Below the pieces are notes generated by a model. It worked only from the letters and a program-made list of their open reading frames with translations, was not told the DNA's origin and ran no database searches. Both the position numbers and the translations under genes were made by a program. Positions 12,103 to 24,601 of a stretch of DNA of 64,000 bases are shown in pieces. The stretch is from the NCBI GenBank assembly GCA_010093705.1, contig MU006102.1, forward strand, positions 567,548-631,547. The letters run 5' to 3'. Each line of letters begins with the position of its first letter. The first letter of the stretch is position 1. The stretch comes from Patellaria atrata CBS 101060 (Eukaryota).

Positions 12103-14442
12103 TTATCGTGACTTCCGGAGGAACCCGCCGCGAATTTTCCTCCTCTCCATGGGTGGTAATATCGGCGTCTTCGTCCTTCGATTCCACTCTCGTCCCTTCA
12201 ACCATTGCTCTCTCACTCGTTTGCTGCTATCCGCCTTTGGTGCTAGGAGTACGTTTCTCTTCTCAAGAACGTGCACGTTAATCCCACCTTTCTTAACGTC
12301 TTTAATGGGCTTGCCCTCGCGATCGAGGAACTTGATATGCTTCCTGCGCCGCTGTTCCTCGGCAGATAAAGTAGGTACCTCTTTAGCTTGCAAAGCTGGG
12401 GAGGCTCTCCTGTGAGACATGGCCGAGGCAAGAAGCGATTCGGGAAGAAGATCGGGAAGTTCATCCTTTGAGAACGAAATGGCTTCAGACTGAATCTCAT
12501 CTTGAAACCGACCAGATACATCAGCTACCGTCTTCTGCTCGTCCTCTACTTCACGTCTCTTTCGAGCTTCACTACGTTTCGAACTTTGCGCTTGTGCTTT
12601 TAGACGAGCATCGCGTTCTTGCCGTTTCCGTCTCGTTGTCTCCTGTTGCCTGTATTGAGGTCAGTTGATATTACATGTGTGAGAAGCATAAGATTACGTA
12701 CCTTTGAGAAGCCTTTTCTTCTTTTAATTTCCTAATCTGAACAGTCTCAAACGCAGAGGCTTTTGTGACAATCTCTGGAGCTTCATCATCGCTATCATCA
12801 TCTTCCCATGTGGAAGACAGTATCTCGCGTGACTGAGGAAGCACAGCGACCGTATCAGCTGGTGGATCTTCACTACTGAGTCTGACACGTTTACGATCTG
12901 CAACGATGATTGTCTCTACTTTCGGGAGGGGTTTGACAAGTTTCTCTTCGCTCAGGCGTATAGGTAATCGTTCTTTTGTTACACTTAGACTGGACGACCT
13001 CATCGTCTTAGGGCTCGAATGAGACAGTCTGACCCCTTTTTCATCTGTTGATACGTCGGAATCAGATTGCACGTCGGAAGCGGATTGTATTTCGGGAGAC
13101 GAGCGTTCTTCAGACGATATATCCACGTCTGAGGCGGACTGTACTTCTGGACTCGATTGTAACAGTTGATTACCATCCATTTGGTGAGTTGCAAGTGTTG
13201 CATATGTGGACGTTGAAGCCTTTTTACGAGTCTCGTAGAAGGTTGTATCCTGGCCGATCCTTTCATCTTCGCTGTCTGCGCTATTTGGTGTAATTTTTCC
13301 CTTACTAGGAACTTTAATCACTACCTGAGGGCTAAGTCGAACATTATCCTGGGCCATTGATTTAGCAATTGGTGTAACTATATCTGGAGGCGGTCTAGAA
13401 TGTGACGGGTCATCTTCATCTGTCTCTTGCTCCCTCCTCCATACTAACTCCATGAGATTACTCTCAATACTCTTTGCACGCTGCTGAACCTGAAGTGGGT
13501 CATCATCCCAGACCACCAAAATCATCTCTGTGGCGATCAAAGCGGCAAATTGGTTCTTCTGCGCCTTAGGTAGGTCGTTTATGCCAGGTAGAATTTGAAT
13601 GCGCAACCCGTTCATCAGGGCAACATCTACCGCTTCGGGGGACCATTGAAAAAAAGTATTGATAACTCGAGAGTTGACAGTCATCGCAACCTACTCTGGG
13701 TCAGGGACATAGCTTACAGCATATAGAAAGAAAGTATGCATACATTGACATCCATCTTGGAACAGGCCGCCCCAAATCTCGTCTCCGTCAGTTGCGGTGG
13801 GCAGGCTATATATTTCCCTTTCTTTTCCCTGAGCAGTACTCCCTCGAGTTCCCCTGAGCCATCCGACACCCACAATTGTGAACATTGTTGTTGGTATAGA
13901 TAATTCACCATTACCTCCGATGTGATATTCTCGGTAAAACTGCTTCTATGCTCACGTCGAGTTCTGGAGAGTGAGCCAGGTCTAAGAGGTGGTTCCATTT
14001 TGGCCGCAGTTTTAGGAGTAGATGCAGCGTGGAATGCATTCGGAACTTGTTCAGGCTCAGGCTGAGATGCATCAGACGACTGCACAGCAATTGAGTCCCC
14101 AATATCAGCATCTTCCTCCGCAGGGGTGGAGGTCATTTCCTGTGAGGTTTGTGGTTCACCCTCATGCGAACTATCTTGTCCCTTCACAGTTTTTCGCCTC
14201 TTTCCCCAAGCAGTCGGTGCGGACACCTCTCCAATATCTCTCTTCTGACTTGATCTCGTAGCAGAAGCTACAGCTGGACTATTCGTGTCATGCCCGCCTC
14301 TTGTCGTGACCATCTCAGATTCGAAGAATTCCACTTGCGGGGTCTCGCTTGGGCTATTTGGAACAGTTTTGGCTTCGGAAAGTTCTGAGTTTGAGACTCT
14401 TCTGTATAAGTTCCGGGCGCTGTGTGCAAAGCGAGAAAACAT
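12103..14442 (-). CDS. BUD21: U3 snoRNA-associated (Bud21/Utp16-like) protein with an internal GT2-N-terminal-like insert, 3 exons
   Basis: Exons 14442-13744, 13690-12702, 12649-12103 splice in frame. C-terminal part has EDDDSDDEAPEIV, RRKRQERDARLKAQA, LPDLLPESLL, KHIKF, KDVKKGGINVHVL, LAPKA...REQWLKGR, the motif order of fungal U3-snoRNA-associated proteins. Confidence 0.75.
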
Positions 14443-14587
14443 GAGATGTGGGTTTTGTGATGTAGTTCTTTGGTACCTGAATAATTTTCTCCCAAGGTTG
14501 CGGATTCTTGTGCGGAACTGTGCCGCTCCACAGAACTTCTCGTCTCAAGCTTCAGCTCTCTTATTGATATTTCATCCCTGACTAACA

Positions 14588-16052
14588 ATGTTACAGCGGA
14601 CCCTTACACGCCATTCGAAGAGAGTCTTTGATTCAAGTAATGTTTGTGTCTTTTGCAATGCGTTATACTCTTTCGATCGATCATGGCGCCGCTCATATGT
14701 AGCTCGAAAAGCTCCCAAAGCCCCCTCAGTTATAAAAGCACGAATCGACCGAGGAGCTACTCAGACCCCCTCGAGAACTCAGGATCATTCAGTCGCATTC
14801 CCGTCGCCTCAAGATGTCGAGATGTTCAAGTCAGCTTCAACCCAGGGCTTTCTCCCGATTAACCACTCGGACGCTATACTGTTTCTGAAGAGACTTGTGG
14901 AGTGGAAGACCATGCCATCTGAACAAGAACTAAAGAGAGCATGTAAAGGTATACATAGTATCTCTTATCAAACTTTCAGAGTACCAAGTTCTAAATCGTC
15001 CAGAAACGAATGTCCCTCTCAATGCGCTTACCCCTCTCGCCCACATCATCCTCTCGAACTCTGGAAAGATAAGGCGTGATATAGGCACACGTCTGATTAA
15101 TAGTGCGTCCGCAGCCGGTAGTCCAGAAGCAACCCTCTATATCATGCGCGCTGCGCTTGTCGCCTCCGATTTCGAAAGCCCCCACGCAAAATCCGCTTTC
15201 CCACGTCTCCTTTCACTGACCCAGGAAAACAACATCGATGCTGTCTCCCTCCTCGGCCAGATCTACATGAAACAAAACAAACCCGCCGAAGCCCAAGAAC
15301 TCCTCTCAAAAGCGATGACGCTTAAATCCTCTCCTATCTCTTCCCCCACCACCATCCCATCCCCAGACCCCACACTCTCCACAGGCCCAAACCCTAGCAC
15401 AACCCTCGGTCTCCTCCACCTCCAGCAAAAGGACATCGAATCCGCCCTCGAAACATTCAAAACAGCCGCCCACACCCACGACGACCCAAACGCCTTCTAC
15501 CACCTCTCAACCCTCGAACCCAGATACTCCACCCGCTGGATCGACTACACCCTCCGCGCCGCCTCCTCCGGCCACCGCACCGCCGCCTACAACCTCGGCA
15601 TCTTCTACGCGCTCCCTCTCCACGAAGTCCTTCAGCGCCTCGACTCCAGCGGCCGCAACGAGCTCGCCCGCTTTGAGAAATGGTGGGATGGCCTGCTGGG
15701 GCAGAGGGAGTCGAGGAGGAAGAAATGGGCCTTGGAGTGGTGGTATACCGCGGCGATGGATGGGCATGCGCCGGCTTTCTTAGTGTATTTGAAGGCGTTG
15801 TGGGAGGGTGAGGGAAGAGAGGAATGTGTTACGGCGCTTGCGGGGTTGAGTGTGTTGGTAAGGGACGAAGGAGGTGGGTTTGCGGCACAGTGGCCGGATG
15901 TGGTGGAGGAAGCGAGACGGTATTTGAGAGCGTGGGAGCGGGAGTGGGAGGAATGGCTGGAGGAGGACGGTGGTAGGAAGGCGAGGGAGAAGTTAGAGGC
16001 GTTGAGAGGGAGGAGTGAGTTGGGTTTCAGGGCGTGGTTGTACAATATCTAA
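14588..16052 (+). CDS. Sel1/TPR-like repeat protein, probably mitochondrial (Mss2-like), 2 exons
   Basis: Basic hydroxylated N-terminus (MLQRTLTRHSKR); intron ~14949-15003 joins the two ORFs in frame; helical repeats AVSLLGQIYMKQNKPAEAQELLSKA, LGLLHLQQKDIESALETFKTAA, AASSGHRTAAYNLG, ALEWWYTAAMDGH. Confidence 0.7.
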
Positions 16053-16225
16053 TGTATTATGAATACGATGATAAGTCGCCTATATGACCGCTAGTAAGCT
16101 TTTGAAATGTCCTCGTTCCCAGATTCACTCCCCCCAAACCCCAACGCCAAGCCGTATATCACTGTACAGAACCCCATCTTTGATCGTTTGCCGCGTATTG
16201 CACTTTCTCAATCATCAAATTCCCC

Positions 16226-17195
16226 CTACCGATTCACGGCCGTAAAACCTAATCCGGCCTCCTCCATCTCCACTTCCCCCTGTCCACTCCTCGGCCTATC
16301 CTCATCCATCCTACTCCCACTTCCGTCCCCATTCTCCCTCTCCCTTCCCTCAAACCCACTCTCAACAAACCGCGGCTCGCCCTCCAGCGGCTGATTCGGC
16401 AACGGCGCACCATTAGCCCCAGGATTGTACGCCGAAAACTGCAACTGCCTGCCTGGATCCGGGGACGTGTGAGCGGAGGAGAGCGGATTCGGGGGTAGGA
16501 GGTGAGCGGGCAGGGGCGGGGAAGCGTGGGTTGTGCTGGGTGCGTTGGGGATTGATTGCGAGGTTGGCGATTTGGGGCGGTGGGAGCGTTTGGAGCGGAG
16601 GGGCTTCTCCGTTGGCTGGGAGGGGTGTGCGTTAGGATCATAGATTATGATGTTGGTGGCGGTTGGCTGCTTGTAGTTGGTGGGCTGAACGTTTTTGGGG
16701 GAGGGGATGAGAGGGGTGATGAATTCGAAAAGGTGGGGAGGGGGAGGGAAGTGAATGCTGAGGGAAGAATACGGGATAGTTTGGGGAGAAATGGTGGGTA
16801 ATTCGGGGAGATAAGGGGAAGGGTGAAAGAGGATGAGGAAGGCGGCATACTGTAGGTGGTGGAGAGGTGCTCTTGTCTGACTCGTCGAGCTTCTCTTCCA
16901 TGCGCTTTGTGAGCTGCTCAAGCAGGAACGCGCGCTCAAGGCGCATTTTTAGGATTGCGCGGTTCATGCGCGATTTCCGCAATCGGAGAGTGTCGTTGGT
17001 TTCTTCGACTTCGGCGATGCGACGCTTGAGCTCGGAACATTTGCGGCGGTACGCTTGCTCAACGGAGGGAGGGAGAGGGCGGTTTACTATTAGAACCTGT
17101 AAGCATATGATCGGTTTGGCGAGCGCAGCGCAAATCGATTTGGATCTCTCTTTGAGGAACTGGAGAATGTTGAGCTTACTTGGTTGATTTGGCAT
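16226..17195 (-). CDS. INO80 complex subunit F / Nhp10 N-terminal-like coiled-coil protein, 3 exons
   Basis: MPNQP|INRPLPPSVEQAYRRKCSELKRRIAEVEETNDTLRLRKSRMNRAILKMRLERAFLLEQL...SPPPT|PTEKPLRSKRSHR, as in the N-terminal half of filamentous-fungal Nhp10-type proteins; introns ~17179-17090 and ~16850-16617. Confidence 0.7.
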
Positions 17196-17757
17196 AATTG
17201 CGAGACGGGACTTATCTTCTTAGATGCGATAATCGATGTGGAGGTTGTAGTGAAATGTTATCTCATGAGTTGAAGAGCGTGTGAAGGTTCTGAATGTAAA
17301 TTTGGGTAAGAAATGGATATGAAGTTGGAGAATGGGAGACGCGACCTGCAGCAGAGCTCCACTGACAAATGAGAGGACGATTGTGATGCCAAGATATATA
17401 GGGCTGAGAGTTAACGTCTCTTTGAACGACCAGCTATCGTCTCGACTCTCAAAAAATGCGCCAGTATACCCTATCGATCCTGATACAGCTAAAAATCACT
17501 AGCTCTGTGAGTCTATAGCTAACTATACTGTACAGGATTGTCGGGAACGTACGGAATGTTCTTAAACTATATGTGAGACTTAAGCGTACCTATGATTGAA
17601 GTCTCAATTGAGAGTATAGAATCTGAGGACTAACAACTGTCCATGTAGCTTTAAGAGCAATCATCAGTTGAAGTAAAGGCAAGTGACTAGATAATCACAA
17701 GACATGCGCTACTTATCAAACTTACATATAGTGTAGTAATGTAATGTGAAAAGGTAC

Positions 17758-17915
17758 ATCCGACGTCGCCGACGATGTAGCTAATGATATTGCTGACGAT
17801 ATCGCGGACGATGTCGCTAATGAGATTGCTGATAAATATCGCCGATGATGTCGCTGATGATATCGCTGACAATATTGCCGACGATGTCGCTGATAATATC
17901 GCCGGCGATATCGTC
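17758..17915. repeat. Degenerate 12-bp tandem repeat (GCYGAYRATRTC), ~13 copies
   Basis: gccgatgatgtc gctgatgatatc gctgacaatatt gccgacgatgtc gctgataatatc gccggcgatatc; followed by TpA-rich AT-rich DNA to ~18100. Confidence 0.85.
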
Positions 17916-18529
17916 TATGGTCATTTTAGCCCTAAGAAGACGCCCATGAATGTTTCCTTTAAACTACTGTTACTATGGTAGGGAATAATTTATAGCCGGA
18001 TAAAGATTATTAAAATAGCGTAATTTAGTCCTATAGCCCTCTCCATACTCGTTCACTCTTATACTATAGTGTATTCATAATATAAGTACTATATCCTTTC
18101 CTAGCCCCCCCTCAATGAGTTTCATTTTTGTACTCCGATATCGATGCAGGATTTGTTTTCATGCAGATATCGATGCATCACGACGTCAGGGATCATACAT
18201 TCACAAACGTATCAACATGTGAGAATGCTCACCCCCTTCATGTATACTACAAACATGACCATTTACGCGGGTGACAAACGGCGACCGAAGCTTTCATCAT
18301 TCAATAATTGAAGTCACATTCAACTTGTGACAGGTATATCTTCCAATATCAACTTACATCTTCAGACCGACACTATACAACCTCATTTCTTTCACAGTAT
18401 CTGATACTGAGATTATCATACGGTAGGAATAATACACTCTTCTATTGTTCTAGAGCTAGTGTAGGAGGACCTCTACCTGCCAGAAGCTTGATCGGCTGGC
18501 AGCAGTAAAGGCTCCTTGACGCCACGAAG

Positions 18530-21500
18530 ATGCAACGACTGCGCCATCCGGGTTTTGATTCCGAATCCCCTGATCGGCATGTTTGGATTATCGATGACGA
18601 GAATGAAATAAGAAATCTTCGAGAGACTAAGTTTCAGGCTCCCAATTCTCATCGTCGTCGACAAGATATGTTATCACCCCGGTATCCGGAAGTATATGAA
18701 AGTCGCCCTGCTCACCTGAATAACCACATGGAGCAGTCACACAGAACTTCACGGAACCCCCAAGATTATAGAAGTGCGAGAGTCTTCACACAAAATGATC
18801 ACCATCCGACGTCGCGAAGAGCACAACCTCCAACCACCCATCATGAAGTGATAGATCGCTCACATGGATTCGATGCTTATTACTACGACGGTCAACAACG
18901 TGGTCGTCCAGAGAATTCAGGACGAATGCGCCCTATTAATCCTGGTTCTCACCAAGGATCAACATTCCAAACAATACTCAACGACATGGGTATCATTGAC
19001 CCAAGGCAATTCTCTGATTCTCACCGTCGGTACATAGTGCATGATAGACCTCAGATTGACAACGAGTTCAAGAGACCGTACCCTCCTTCCCACTTAACAT
19101 ATGCTGATACGCGACCTCGTCATCAATGGGAAAACTCCTCTCGCGAGAGAGGTAATCGAATCCAGCAAATCGACCCAGAAAACTTCGTTGATCTCACTAA
19201 CAGTGATGATGAAGGGTCCAGACTTTTACCCTCAGACTCGGGTGCTGAATGGCGGAACGGATTGACTGAGCGTAGGGGGTCTGAGCGGGAGGAGACGCGG
19301 GCTCATCAGATGAAGAGCCAAGTACTAAACATAGTCACTGGAAGAATTGATGACAGTGGTGACCGACGTTCGAGACTAACACATACCCGTCCCGAACCTA
19401 TTAGGAACGAAACAAATATTTCTGTTTGTAGTGGTGAGCTGGAAGTGGAACAGAATGTTCACGCTACGTTCAATCGCGAGCGTGGGGTGATAACGCGTCC
19501 TGAAACCATAATCAAGCAAAGTCGTCCAATGGTTTACGACGAATCTGCGTCTGAAGGAGCTCGTGCGGAGCATAATCATCAGAGCCACGATCCAAAAAGC
19601 TCTCAGGTGAAGAAGCGCGGGTATCGCGCGGATCCGACGCTTCAACCCAACGTATCTAGTATCTCAGCGCTTGGCACAAAGCTGCTACATGAATCTCAAT
19701 CCAAACGACAAAAGATTAGAGAGTTGGTCCCACATTCTGACAATGGACAGACGGAATCTTCCAAACAATATCGTGGAAAAGAACTCGGTTCGTTCAATCC
19801 AGGTCGCTATGTGAGAGATATACCTGAAACGCACAATCAAGGAAAGGGAAAGGAATTAGCATCCAAACTTCTTCCATCCGATATAGGTTCCGAAATCTCC
19901 GAGAACATCTCTAATATAGGATCGAAGTTGACGAACGCTGACCTCAAAAGGAACGTTACATTCTTATGCGAGGCTGACAGTGATGAGGATGATACATCCA
20001 AGGCGAAACCAGCATACAAAGCTACCAAGAGGAAGCGCAAGGAAAACGTTGCAAATAATCCTCGTACTGATAGAGGCACAAACGGAAAACAATCTCAAAA
20101 CAAACCAAAATCGTTACCCCAGGTAGAGTCTCAAGAAATTAATTACTTATTCAATGATCCAGACGACTATGAGATCCGCGAGAGTGTAGAACACGATCCT
20201 TGTTCGGCCCAGTCTTCACAGGGAGTTCTTAAGAAGATATCGGCCCTAGAAGACTTTACATCTAAGGGGAGCAAGGGTAAGAATCATGCATCAGCAGGAC
20301 CTTCGCAAGTGGGTAGCTCAAATACATCAAAACTACCAAAGAGCGCTGCAGCGCCGGTCCCTAGGTCAAAAGTAAAGGCCATGGTTGCAAACGTGATTGT
20401 TAGGAATCTCCAGTCGAGAAACGCAACCAATGCAGTGGGAATTTCGGCGCAGGAACATCAATCTCCTAATAGGGTAGAGAACCGCTTCCAACAAAACACT
20501 GCGAAGACTACGAATGGGATTGAATCAGCTCGCAATGTATATCACAAGGAAGCTGAAGCTCATGCTGCCGTGGAAGACGTTGCTATGGAACAAGCATTCA
20601 AGCTTCGTGAAGCTGTTATTGCGTATCAAATCCCAGCAGTTACTCCTAAGAGGCCTAAACTTGGTTTGACTGGAAAATCAACTGTCAATCCAAGCCCAAG
20701 TGGATCTATTAGAGACATTCCCACATCGAAGCAGTCACCACTTCTAATCTCGTCAAGCTCGTCAAGCTCTTCAGATGACTACTCTGACGACCTACAAGTC
20801 GTGAATGCTACTCACAAACCCACGACAGCACTTGTGGACGATCTGATGTCCCTAGAGGACGATGAGCAAGTCCGTCGAGAAAATCTCCGTGAGAAGGAGC
20901 TTGAAGAGCAGCTTGCTGCTATGGAAGCAAAGGAGAGGGAGGATGAAGCCAGGAGAAAGGCTGAGTTCGCAGCAGCGGCTGCTAGAGCCAAAGCGAAGGC
21001 CGAGACGGAAGCGGCTGCAGAGAGAGCAAAAGCTAAGGCTGAAGCTGAAGCTGAAGCAGCAAGGCAAGCCAAATTGGAGGAGAGCAAGAAGCGTCAGGCA
21101 CACCTCCAAAAGCAGATTCTCGAAAAGGCCGAAAAGGCCGAGGAAGCGAGAAAGAACCAAGAAGCAAAGGAACGGCAAGAGCTTGCAGAAAAGCATGCGG
21201 CAGAGAAGAAGGCTGCCGATGCTCGAGATATTGCATCCCGTCAGAAAGCTGCTGCTGCTGCCAGACGAGAAGATCATCCCCATAGAGTTCCCGAGAAAGC
21301 AAAGGAAGTCAAGAAGGTGACCAACCGGGAGAAAGATTCTGCTATACAAGAGGAACACTCCGCAGCAATGATGCTGGCTTCGAAGTCTGCCGAAGATGCT
21401 AAGAAGAAGAAATCTACCCAATCTGCCTCTACTCAGACTACTGCTAAGCAAGCAGAAATGAACAAACGACTACGTGAGATCAATCAGCGGAGCATAGCAA

Positions 21501-23625
21501 AAGCTCAACTTACCAAAGCTGCCGCAAATCTGACTGCTAACCGCAACAAAAATAAAACTGCCAATGCGGGAAGTAGCTCGTTGCCGAGTAGGCCTCCAAA
21601 TGTCTCAATAGTTGGTGATGGTGTAAGTTTACCGTCCGATATTGCGTAGCCGTGAGATGATACTAATATTCACAGACATCGAGTAATGCTATGCTGGATT
21701 CGGTAGCCATTCCATACAATGGTCCTGATCCTCGATTGCAAGGAAGGAAGCGGCTAGTATACGAAGATCAAGCCGTAAATACTAATAATCCCAAAAAGGT
21801 TGCCTTCCAAGATAACGTGCAACAAAACTCAAATGAGAAGCAAACTGAAAGCCCTAATGGGAATCCTAGTGAGATCTCAAGCACGAAGCTGAATGAAAAA
21901 ACCGATGGGGTCTCTAACAACGGACCAGACGAGAAGCTGGATCACCATGTAAGTGATTATGACAGTTTATTCGAAGAAGGCGAGATTGAAGAGGTAAGTC
22001 GAGACTCAATTTCACACGTTCTGCTGAGCTAATTCCAAAAGGAACCCCAGAATCTAGCATCGATCAATGTCCAGGAGAAGATATCAGAAGGTAAGCAGAA
22101 GGGAATGGGTGTGTTCGATGAAATACTACATGATAGAGGAGAAGCTAACTGTGAAGCGGGGGAAGGTGATCCAGTTCATTTAGGTTGGCTTAATCGCGCC
22201 AAAGAATTAACAGCAGCAGCACGTAACTCGCCAACAATGACACCACCGATGCGTGCCCCTACGGCTATGATGGACGTGAGGCCGCCAGTATCGAGCCAAC
22301 CTGCCGCAGCTGGAATCATACCACCTCCACAACAGAATTCTCTAATGCTACCTCCACTGCTAATAGCGCAAATCACAACAAGACTGGAGCATCTATCAGA
22401 CGAAGATAAGTTTATTATCCACCACAGGGAATCCGCCCAGGAGAAGAAGACATACCCACAGATGACGAAGCTCTTTGTCGACAAATTTGGGCATTTTCTA
22501 TCTGAGGATCAGCTCAGAAGGAGATATATGAAGGCTAAAGAAAAGCTAGGTGAATCACCACGACAACAACAAGGGATAGTAAGCGACTTCTCAAGAGACC
22601 CGGTATTTAGCTGTTTCTCGACAAGAAGCGAGAGTCCCTTTTTGAGGTATAATTCAACCGTTCCTACAGCGGACGCTCCCATGATCACAGCTCAGAGCCA
22701 GACCCAGACCGATTCGCGAGAGGCCCGCCCGACAACTGGTGGGAAGTCTATTAATTCGGAGGCATTGGAGGCTTATATCCGGGCTATTTTCGCTGAGCCG
22801 GACGAGGAACAGGGACTCACTGCGGAAGCTGGGACCCAAACTGAACCTGAATTGGAAGTTCAGGAGACCCGCGCGGAACGAGAGGACTCCCAATTCAGCG
22901 AAAGAGATTACCTCCAATGGGAATACTTCGTCAAGAGGCAAACATGGGCAACCGAGGATGAAATGGAGCATGACGGTGGTTGGGTTACCGTCGGCGGGAA
23001 ACATTCCAGCCTCCAACAGGCCAATATCGCCGCCGGCCATGAGATAACCCGAGAGCGTAACGGGATCTGCATCGGCACTCACACCCGCAAATGGACATAC
23101 GACACCGATAACGAAGGAATGGCAAACTACTACGCCACCGACGGCGAAAACTGCATCCGCGTCAGAGTGGTGCGTACGCTCTGCACCCGCACTAGCGGTA
23201 ACCCGCCCACCTCAAAAGCCGGCTGGCTCCCACGAAACGTCTACGACATCCGTCGCCGCAGCACAATCAAGACCACCAAACCCGACGACGAAGACGATCT
23301 CTTCTCCGAGACGGAAAAGGAGACCGTCACACTCGAAATCCTCGATGGCGGCTACCTCATCCTCGACGAGGCTAATCGCGAAGCAGCGAAGATGGTCATC
23401 GATATCAGGGTCCGTAAGGACTCCAAACGCATGGATGATCAGATAGCACGCAGTGATATGCGAAAAGCGATGGAAAAAGCGAATGATGAGAGAGAGAAAA
23501 GCGGTGGAGCTTTTCGAGAAGAGTGGAATGTCGTGGTAAAAAAGAATGGAGAGCGGGCAAGGGAGGAGCGGAGGGAGGAAGTCTGGGTCCAGGCGGTCAA
23601 AATGAAAGGACCGAGAAATGTATGA
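18530..23625 (+). CDS. Large (~1650 aa) hypothetical protein: disordered N-terminus, A/E/K coiled coil, Myb-like HTH, globular C-terminus; 3 exons
   Basis: Introns 21623-21675 (gtaagt...ctaat...cag) and 21994-22041 (gtaagt...ctaat...aag) join the 1039, 113 and 506 aa ORFs in frame; LSDEDKFIIHHRE...TYPQMTKLFVDKFGHFLSEDQLRRRYMKAK resembles a Myb/SANT-like fold. True start uncertain. Confidence 0.8.
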
Positions 23626-24601
23626 GGTACGGATCTACGGTCGACCGGTATGATTTATGGGATGTAATTTAGGGGGAAATTCATCTTTTTGCGGATATGG
23701 TTGATTGGGTTCTTGATATTAATGATGGGATGATCTTTATCTTGCAGATGGAAAGTGCCACCTATGGAATTGCTGAGGTGTAGGGTTGAAATCTGGTTCT
23801 AAAATTATATAGGGGAATCTTAATACTATTGGGCACTTGATACAGAATAGATGAGTTTGGTGCGCCTTTACACGTGTGAGGTGCATGTCTTCGAGTGGAA
23901 AGTCATATCATGATATATTCATGTTCGTTAATTGCTGGAGAACAAAAGGAAGTACAAATAAGCTTCCACTAATGCGTGCAGTTAAACCTAGTTGGGGATA
24001 GATCGTACTGTACCACTGCTGTTTCTGTTCAAAACTGTTAAGAAACGAGCATAGAGCTGTGGTAAAAGTGAGTTGAATTGCTCTAGTTCTAGCTACGAGT
24101 AGACGAGAAGACATGCGTGAGCCAAGCCTCTCGGGCCGACCAATCTCCCTTACCGTGAGACCAGCGGTGCCTAGTCACTGACCGGTTAGTATACCGTTCC
24201 GTAACAAAAACAAAGTAACTTGCTGAAAGAGGAGAGTGACGATCCATGTATTCACATAAGAACAATAAGGTGAGAACAAGGTTCTTTTTATTCTACCATT
24301 GCATAAATTTAGTACTCATCATGCTTTTCATAATCCTACTTTCTATAATACCTATAACCGAGCATGATTCTTGATAAACCATGATCATACCAACTGGTCC
24401 GCATTCCCAATAGACCTATAACGCCATCGCCATGCGCAAAATGGGAGTGAGTGACAGTCCATAACCGAAACGCCGACAATTCTCAGTTCCCCTATCGTCA
24501 TATCTCCACCCAAAGATGAATTAGGCGGCCGTCCAAAGTAAAGCGCATAACGCCGAAACCCAATGGCAAGTAGTCATTTCTCTAGTCCCTAGTCTATCAC
24601 A

